From the IMG/VR virus record IMGVR_UViG_3300021387_001758, positions 14,388-78,387 of that record: a DNA stretch of 64,000 nt; one strand, 5' to 3'. The notes beneath the pieces were generated by a model. The model was not told the DNA's origin. It did not search any database and saw only the letters and a program-made list of their open reading frames with translations. The stretch comes from a virus (Duplodnaviria > Caudoviricetes). A program made the position numbers and the translations under genes. Of this stretch, positions 10,848-17,439 are shown one piece after another (the stretch's first letter is position 1; the number at the start of each line of letters is the position of its first letter).

Positions 10848-11085
10848 AAAGGACTAACCCACCAAAAAGAGGGCAACCTCTTTTTTTTTGTTCTGCCGGC
10901 GAACATACGTTCTCGGCGGCCGCCCTCGCGCACTTTAGCGTAGTAAAGTGGTAAAGTGGACGGATCCGGCGCCCGCGCATAAACATACATGAAAATGTAT
11001 AAATATTTTTTTCAAAAAAGTATTGACAAAATTGATTATATATATTATACTATAATGGGGAAGTATGCCCAGGCGTAAAAGTGCG

Positions 11086-11109
11086 AATTTTCTGAATTGT
11101 CAGAAAATT
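11086..11109. promoter_or_regulatory. Tandem overlapping CodY boxes
   Basis: AATTTTCTGAATTGTCAGAAAATT = two AATTTTCWGAAAATT matches overlapping by 6 bp, 20 bp upstream of a -35. Confidence 0.7.
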
Positions 11110-11199
11110 AAAACTTTTTATTTTGGGGTTGACAAATTCCGTTCTATCCCTTATAATAGTAACTGTAAGGTAAAGAGAAAAGGAAAGGAACGAAACAAC

Positions 11200-11865
11200 A
11201 TGAAAATCGACAAAAGAAAAAACTATTATCTGACAATCGACACGGAAACGGCAAACGGATTTGATGACCCGATTGTATACGATTTAGGCGGATGTATACA
11301 TGACAAGAAAGGCAACGTAATGGAAACATTTTCCTTTATCATTTACGAAACCTTTTGCGGAATGAAAGATTTAATGCAGAGTGCCTACTACTCCGAAAAA
11401 ATTCCGATGTATCAGAAAGAAATTGACGAGGGAAAAAGAAAAATCGTAACCTATACCACCGCCAAAAGATATATCAATGCACTTTGTAAAAAGTACAATG
11501 TCAAGGCAATAATCGCCCACAATATGAGATTTGATTATAGGGCAACGACACGGACGCAAAGATATATCACGAAATCAAAAGTCAGATTTTTTCTTCCGTA
11601 TGGCGTTGAATTGTGGGATACAATGAAAATGGCAAATGATACAATTTGCAAACAGAAAACATATATCAAGTGGTGTAAAGAAAACGGATATATGACAAAG
11701 AACGGACAAGTCAGAAAAACGGCGGAAATCCTTTACAAGTACATTTCAGGCAACTGGGATTTTGTGGAAAATCATACAGGACTTGAAGATGTGCTAATCG
11801 AAAAGGAAATCTTTTCCAAGTGTATGGCACAACATAAGCCGATGAGAAAATTATGTTTTGACTAA
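11200..11865 (+). CDS. DEDDh 3'-5' exonuclease (paralog of 4309-5052)
   Basis: IDTETANG, AHNMRFD and HTGLEDV motifs. Confidence 0.8.
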   Translation: MKIDKRKNYYLTIDTETANGFDDPIVYDLGGCIHDKKGNVMETFSFIIYETFCGMKDLMQSAYYSEKIPMYQKEIDEGKRKIVTYTTAKRYINALCKKYNVKAIIAHNMRFDYRATTRTQRYITKSKVRFFLPYGVELWDTMKMANDTICKQKTYIKWCKENGYMTKNGQVRKTAEILYKYISGNWDFVENHTGLEDVLIEKEIFSKCMAQHKPMRKLCFD

Positions 11866-11948
11866 AAAAATTCTAAAAAAGGGGTTGACAAAGTCAGCCC
11901 CTTTTGGTATTATAATTATAGAAAGAGAGAGAAAGAAAGGTAAGAAAA

Positions 11949-12101
11949 ATGTATATGGTATGGGTATTTGATGAAGATTTATATGATGATGTGTTGATTT
12001 TTGAAGGGTCATATGAACAGTGCCAAGAGGTAGTAGCCGAAGGGCGCGCAATCGGTGAGGACCCGTATATCGTAGCCAGCGAGGACTACTACGAGGACTA
12101 A
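11949..12101 (+). CDS. Small acidic hypothetical protein
   Basis: Manual ORF MYMVWVFDEDLYDD... Confidence 0.55.
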   Translation: MYMVWVFDEDLYDDVLIFEGSYEQCQEVVAEGRAIGEDPYIVASEDYYED

Positions 12102-12642
12102 GCCGAAAAGGATAAGCCGAAAGGCTTATCTTTTTTTTTGTTCTTAAAAAGAACATATGTTCGCGGCGGGCCGGTGGCGCGCACTTTAGTCTGCTAAAGC
12201 GTTAAAGCGATCCGCGCCGCTTGTTAAAAATTTAACAATCGATCCGGTCCGCCGATTGTTAAAAAATTAACAAAGATTTTTTTCAAAAAGGGGTTGACTT
12301 TTTCCCTATGTGGGTATATACTATAATTGTCAAGGGGAGAGGAAGCCGAGGGACTCACGAGGGCGCGCACTCCACGAGAGAAGGAAAAAAATTCTCGAAA
12401 AAAAATAAAAAAACCCCTTGACACTATCACAAAAATGTGATAATATATAATTGACCCAAGGGGAGAGGTTAAAAACGAAAGTAGTAAAATATTACAACCC
12501 CGCGGGTGAAAAAAAGTTTTAAAAAGTACTTGACAAGATAGACAAAAGGTGCTATACTTAAGTCAAGGAAAGGGGAAAGACAGGAACTTTCCCAAAGGTA
12601 AATCTAAAAAGGGTTGTGACCAACACAAGAAAGAGGTGTCTT

Positions 12643-12987
12643 ATGACAAAGAGAGAATTCATGGAAATGGTTATCGCTGAGGTTACTAACGCAGAACTCA
12701 AGGCTTTTGCCCAGTCTGAAATCGAAAAGATGGACGCGCGCAACGCTAAGAGAGCCGAAACGCCTTCCAAGACGGCAATCGCTAACGAGCCTATCAAGGC
12801 ACAGATTGTCGAATTCCTGAAGGGTTGCGAGGAAAAGGTTACCGCTTCCGCTATCGCTTCCGAGGTTGAAATCTCAACGCAGAAGGCTTCCGCCCTTTGC
12901 AGACAGTTGGTAGCAGATGGTGTTCTGACCGTCGCAGATGTGAAGGTTAAGGGCAAGGGTACACAGAAGGGTTACGAAATCGCGTAG
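12643..12987 (+). CDS. Winged-helix DNA-binding protein, paralog 2 of 3
   Basis: TASAIASEVEISTQKASALCRQLV. Confidence 0.7.
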   Translation: MTKREFMEMVIAEVTNAELKAFAQSEIEKMDARNAKRAETPSKTAIANEPIKAQIVEFLKGCEEKVTASAIASEVEISTQKASALCRQLVADGVLTVADVKVKGKGTQKGYEIA

Positions 12988-13360
12988 CCTAACCCAAGCC
13001 GAGGAAGGGAAAAATTTTCCCTTCCTTTTTTTACCATTCAGACGAACATATGTTCGTGGCAGAAATTGGAAGAACATATGTTCGCGAACATACGTTCGCG
13101 GTCGATCTGGTCCGGACTTTGTTAAAAATTTAACAATCGGGGCCGGCGCCGCGCACTTTAACACACTAAAGTGCTAAAGTCTTTCGATCCGGCGCGCGGT
13201 TTACATAATATTATTATCGTTATGCGGTGCGGTTTACATAATATTATTATCGTTACGAAAAAATCCGAAAAAAATTTTTGAAAAAGGGTTGACAAATTGT
13301 GTTCTATCCCTTATACTATATATAGAAAGTAAGAGTTGAGGTTAAGGAAAGGAGTTAACT

Positions 13361-13720
13361 ATGGCAGTATCGCGCAAGGTAGAAAGAGAAATCATCCGCA
13401 AACAGTATCTCGAAATGGTAGCCGAATTCCTCAAGGAAAAGGGTGAAGATGTTCTCCGTGTTAAGTCCAACGAAATCGCTTTTCCAGTCGTTGGATGTGA
13501 AGATAGCGAAGATTTTCTCGTTATCACTTTCAAGGTGCCGACTGGCGCCAATAAGGGAATGGAACCGTATGACGGTTACGAAATGGCGGAAGAGTACGAA
13601 ATGAAACTCAAAGCCAAAGAGGAAAAGGCGAAAGCCAACGCCGAAAAAAAGGCGAAGAAAATCGCTCGCGACAAAGAAATCAGAGCGAAAAAGGCAGAAA
13701 TTGCCAACAAGGGAAAATAG
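13361..13720 (+). CDS. MAVSRKVERE-family protein (paralog of 7679-8035)
   Basis: Sequence similarity; GGAG RBS. Confidence 0.75.
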   Translation: MAVSRKVEREIIRKQYLEMVAEFLKEKGEDVLRVKSNEIAFPVVGCEDSEDFLVITFKVPTGANKGMEPYDGYEMAEEYEMKLKAKEEKAKANAEKKAKKIARDKEIRAKKAEIANKGK

Positions 13721-14035
13721 CCATTTTCTTCCAGAGGGAAGAGGGTCGGTTGACCCTCTTCTTTTATTGTAAACCGCGCAACAATAATAATATTATGTCA
13801 ACCACGAACATATGTTCGCGGCAGCCGAATTTCAAAGGCGAACATATGTTCGCGGCCGGCCGTAGTTGTCCACTTTAACACACTAAAGCGATAAAGTGCG
13901 CGCCGGCGGGCGTCCACTTTAACACGTTAAAGTAGTGAAGTGCAGAAATCCGGGCCGCTCGTTAAATTTTTAACAAAGTCAAGTTTTCTGGCAACTATTC
14001 CGAAAATTAGTTTTTTAGGAATAGTTACAACCTCT

Positions 14036-14083
14036 TCACTATATATAGTATATTTCCCTCTTCAATACCACTATATATAGTAT
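14036..14083. promoter_or_regulatory. Tandem NrdR-box pair
   Basis: CACTATATATAGTA at 14037 and 14069 (32-bp period). Confidence 0.65.
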
Positions 14084-14219
14084 GTTTTGGTCGTGCCAAC
14101 TATTCCGAAAAAATGCTTTATCGGCATAGTTATACCGCCGAATTGTCAGAATATTCCAACTATTCAGAATTGTCAGAATATTCCAGCTTTTCGCTTTAGC
14201 GTACTAAAGCGTTAAAGCG

Positions 14220-14465
14220 TTGTCAAATTTTAAAATTTTTCCAGGAGCTGCGAAAGAGCTGCGATCGAAAATTTTTTTCACGGCCGTGGGGAGCTGCGAT
14301 TTGACTTTTTTATTTCGCATCCAGGAGCTGCAAAAAATTTGACTTTAAAAGTCAAATTTCTTTTATAAAATTCAAGGAGCTGCGCTTTGGAAATTTGACA
14401 AAAAAAGTCAAATTTTTAAGGAGCTGCAACTTAGAGCTTTTGGGAATTTGACTTTAAAAGTCAAA
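14220..14465. repeat. Alternating GGAGCTGC direct repeats and TTTGAC-N7-GTCAAA palindromes
   Basis: GGAGCTGC at 14244, 14290, 14324, 14376, 14420; palindromes at 14338, 14394, 14447 (also 15195). Confidence 0.9.
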
Positions 14466-14728
14466 TTTTCAGCGCGCACCCGCACGAACCTCTTCAAATT
14501 AAAATTTGAAAAAGCTCTAAAAATCTTTTATAATATATATAGAAAGTGAGGGAAGAAAAAAATAAAAAGCTCCTCCGCTGAAGAGGAAAGGGCAAAAGAA
14601 ATTTTGACAAATCCTCAAAAATCTTATATAATATATATGTAAGATGAAGAGAGGGAAAAGTAACTTCCTTCTAAAGTAAAAACCATAACGTAACTGGGTG
14701 GTGACCTACACCAGAAAGAGAGTACAAA

Positions 14729-15070
14729 ATGACTAAGAGAGAAATGATGAACCTGATCGCTAACGGAACTATCAATGAAGAGGTTATGGCTTGGGCTGTC
14801 GGCCAGATCGAGAAGATGGATGCGGCTAACGAGAAGCGCAGAAACTCCGTTTCTAAGAAAGCGCTTGAGAACGCTCCGATCATCGACAGAATCGTGAACG
14901 AGATCCTCGGTGAGGAACCGATGACTGCTACTGATGTAGCTGGAGTTCTCGGAGTTTCTGTCCAGAAAGCATCTGCACTCCTGCGCACTGCCGTGAAGGA
15001 AGGTAGAGCTGCTGCCGAGGACGTGAAAGTTAAGGGCAAAGGCACTCAGAAGGGGTACACTCTCGCGTAG
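14729..15070 (+). CDS. Winged-helix DNA-binding protein, paralog 3 of 3
   Basis: TATDVAGVLGVSVQKASALLRTAV. Confidence 0.7.
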   Translation: MTKREMMNLIANGTINEEVMAWAVGQIEKMDAANEKRRNSVSKKALENAPIIDRIVNEILGEEPMTATDVAGVLGVSVQKASALLRTAVKEGRAAAEDVKVKGKGTQKGYTLA

Positions 15071-15119
15071 TGCCGCGCGAGCTGTAGTAAACGGCTGAAG
15101 AGGGGAAATCACCCCTCTT

Positions 15120-16290
15120 CTTTTTATTTTATACGTATACTTAGACGTATTAGAATACGTTTGAGTATTATTTTTTTAACTTTTAATAGGAAAATTTGAC
15201 TTTTTAAGTCAAATTATTAATAATTTTAAACTTTTTTAAAGAAAAAATTTGATTTTAGTCGATGTGTGCGGCACCCACCTATTTCTGACCATACCAACTT
15301 CTTTCATAATCCTCCAACTCCTTTCAAAACCCCTCAACTTCTTTCAAAAACACGCAACTTCTTTCATTTTCCCCTTCTGAACTACCCCCTTCTCCGAGAT
15401 CTACTGCGCAGGACCACCGCCCTCCCATGCCCCGTGGCAGTCTACCTCCCTATAACGTATTACTAAACTTCTACTTATACGTAAACTTATACGTAACAAC
15501 CCGTTACCAGCTGGGTTATCCTTAGTCGTATACGTATACTTATACGTAGACTTATACGTTTTACCGTTACCCTTTTCCTACCTTTTTCGTTACCCTTTTC
15601 CTTATCCGTTTACTTATCCTTTTTTGTTACCTTTTCCGGTACATTTCCCGTTATCCTTTTTCGTAAACCCTTTCCCGGTACCTTAAACATATACGTATAC
15701 GTATACGTTTATCGTATTCGTTTTCGTAGAGGTAGAAAATAAAAAAGCTCCTTCCGCTAGAGGAAGAAGCTAAGTTAATCGTAGTAGTTGACCGTTACGG
15801 CTCCCTTGTTTTTCCCCACCGTTGGTGGTAAAACCTGCGGGAGCTTCACAACTAGTAGAAGGTTTTTAGATTTGAGGTACCTTAATATTATACGTTTATA
15901 CGTATAAGTATATGTATACGTATATTTATATTTTTTCCTTATACGTATAATAAGTGATTTTAGTTAAAAGAAGCTACAATTTTTTTCGTAAAACTGCGCG
16001 AGTCCGAAATTTTTCTGCAAAATTTTTTGGAAAATTTCTGCAAAATTTTTTGGAAAATTTTTTGGAAAATTTCTGACGCTGGAAATTTTTTGGAAAAAAT
16101 TTTTTTGGAAAATTTTTTGGAAAATTTTAAGCCAGGGAAATTTTTTGGAAAATTATTTTCCCAAAATTTTTCCCAAAATTATTGATATACGTAGACTGCG
16201 CGCTGTCAAAAACCTACTGATTTTCCCAAAATTTTTTGGAGAATTTTTTGGAAAATTTTTGATTGCGCGCAGTCGAAATAAAAAAGGAAG
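15120..16290. repeat. Non-coding repeat island between convergent gene blocks
   Basis: Blocks of CAACTYCTTTCA, TATACGTA, GTTACCCTTTT-like and TTTGGAAAATTT repeats; central hairpins at about 15735-15850. Confidence 0.85.
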
Positions 16291-16304
16291 CTACAAAGCT
16301 TCCC

Positions 16305-16487
16305 TTAAATCAACCCGTATTTAACTACTGAATCTTCAAAGAGTTTCATAAACCGGTAGAACTTTCCGATCTCACTTTCATTAAAAATAAGTTCAACCTG
16401 TCTTGTCTCCTCTGGAGAAGTAGCAGTCGCGCTAATTGATAAATCATAACTCCCATCGGGAATTTCTATTGGTACTAAAATTTTCAA
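16305..16487 (-). CDS. Hypothetical protein
   Basis: ORF in coupled leftward operon. Confidence 0.55.
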   Translation of the reverse strand: MKILVPIEIPDGSYDLSISATATSPEETRQVELIFNESEIGKFYRFMKLFEDSVVKYGLI

Positions 16488-16696
16488 TTTAACAATCTCC
16501 TTTCTTCTTCCTCATCTTCCATTGATTCATCATATACTATTATATAAGAGGAAATAATTACATATCCGTCATCTTCATAATAATTATGAATATAAGCTGC
16601 GGCACTTGGTAAATCTCCTGCGCCGACTACTCCTCGCGCGTTATAAATTTTTCCCTCTTCTGACAGCATAGTTAGATCATATGCAAAGTATATCAT
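16484..16696 (-). CDS. Hypothetical protein
   Basis: ORF in coupled leftward operon. Confidence 0.55.
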   Translation of the reverse strand: MIYFAYDLTMLSEEGKIYNARGVVGAGDLPSAAAYIHNYYEDDGYVIISSYIIVYDESMEDEEEERRLLN

Positions 16697-16922
16697 TCAT
16701 TAGTTCTCCTTTTTCTATCTGCATTACATAAGCTGGAATATCAACGCTTGCAAATTCTTCGCCACCTACGATAAATGCAATATCAAAAACGTATTCGAGA
16801 ATTTTTTCCGTTGACTTAAGATCGGCTTCATTTTTATTACCAAAACCATGAACAGCGATGTAATAAATAGCAGACAGCTTTTTACCGATTTCATTCTTAT
16901 TTTTTTCAGAAATTAATTTCAT
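16677..16922 (-). CDS. Hypothetical protein
   Basis: ORF in coupled leftward operon. Confidence 0.55.
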   Translation of the reverse strand: MKLISEKNKNEIGKKLSAIYYIAVHGFGNKNEADLKSTEKILEYVFDIAFIVGGEEFASVDIPAYVMQIEKGELMNDILCI

Positions 16923-16934
16923 CGCTTATTCTCC

Positions 16935-17201
16935 CTATTCACCCCTCATATCTGCACCGCATACAGCACAATAATTTTTCACACCTGTTATATCCTGTGT
17001 ATGCAAACACTCTGAACATTTGTGATAATCTTTTCCGTTACTGCCTTTTACCAGTATCCACTTACCTTTCTTCCGTCCCGATCGCGCGGGTGGTAATTCA
17101 TCAATAACGTCGATGACCGCATCTTTCCATGATACACGATGCTCTATATTCATATCCAAAATCGCATCAATTGTTTGCTGCCTGCTAATTGAATCATCCA
17201 T
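16935..17201 (-). CDS. Small Zn-ribbon phage protein
   Basis: ISRQQTIDAI N-terminus; CSEC...CAVCGADM. Confidence 0.65.
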   Translation of the reverse strand: MDDSISRQQTIDAILDMNIEHRVSWKDAVIDVIDELPPARSGRKKGKWILVKGSNGKDYHKCSECLHTQDITGVKNYCAVCGADMRGE

Positions 17202-17437
17202 TAGTTCTCCTTGAAAGCCTTCCTAATATCATCATACTCCATCAATCCGTCTTCTTCACTAATGTAGACTAGATTAATTGACTCAATCTCCTGCTCTCCA
17301 TAATAATTTTCAATATATGTCATAGCTTCAGAAAGGGAAGACGCGCAAACAACTCCTTTTGAAGTAATCATACCTTTACCAGTTTCCTCAAAATCATATT
17401 CGCTGAAATGTGTTACCTCGTATTTAATAAACCACAT
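17201..17437 (-). CDS. Hypothetical protein
   Basis: ORF, RBS GGAGG. Confidence 0.6.
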   Translation of the reverse strand: MWFIKYEVTHFSEYDFEETGKGMITSKGVVCASSLSEAMTYIENYYGEQEIESINLVYISEEDGLMEYDDIRKAFKEN

Positions 17438-17439
17438 TA

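Larger units (their letters stand above)
2793..13851. promoter_or_regulatory. 15 Gram-positive LexA (SOS/Cheo) box matches
   Basis: GAAC-N4-GTTC at 2793, 2952, 4087, 4108, 5638, 6978, 8382, 10012, 10901, 12151, 13044, 13072, 13086, 13806, 13840; several are the full CGAACATATGTTCG. Confidence 0.8.
2724..13976. promoter_or_regulatory. 13 clostridial-type Rex operator matches
   Basis: TTGTTAA-N4-TTAACAA perfect at 2724, 2982, 3071, 5715, 7051, 8416, 12221, 12256, 13119; 1 mismatch at 3016, 9641, 13959; 2 mismatches at 4182. Confidence 0.75.
2720..14220. repeat. Modular intergenic cassettes repeated between early genes (GAAC-N4-GTTC box, GC-rich palindromic linker, CTTTA-N6-TAAAG-N3-TAAAG, TTGTTAA-N4-TTAACAA)
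   Basis: Same motif set recurs at about 2.7-3.15, 4.08-4.24, 5.63-5.73, 6.97-7.07, 8.38-8.52, 9.56-9.70, 10.01-10.07, 10.90-11.11, 12.15-12.27, 13.04-13.26 and 13.77-14.22 kb. Confidence 0.95.
3227..14640 (+). promoter_or_regulatory. Series of about 29 strong sigmaA-type promoters with A-tract UP elements
   Basis: TTGACA with N17 spacing to TATAAT/TATACT/TATTAT-like -10 boxes, e.g. -35 at 3227, 3803, 4249, 5072, 5380, 5774, 6312, 6686, 7170, 7538, 7620, 8065, 8552, 8643, 9053, 11129; many have TG extended -10. Confidence 0.9.
4051..15125 (+). terminator. Intrinsic terminators closing most early transcription units
   Basis: Hairpin plus U-tract, e.g. AGAAGTC-GAAA-GACTTCT (4051), TAAGCC-GCAA-GGCTTA (6942), similar near 8340, 9520, 10866, 12112, 13002, 13738, 15097. 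Confidence 0.85.

Noticed and set aside
9590-13803. ATAATAATATTAT as a Fur/PerR box
   Set aside because: Half-site spacing does not fit the 7-1-7 TGATAATNATTATCA geometry
3117-14217. TAAAG motif as HrcA CIRCE
   Set aside because: Only some copies contain TTAGCAC and none has TTAGCACTC-N9-GAGTGCTAA
2720-14220. CRISPR array
   Set aside because: Repeats are short, of several kinds and irregularly spaced between genes; no constant repeat-spacer period and no cas genes
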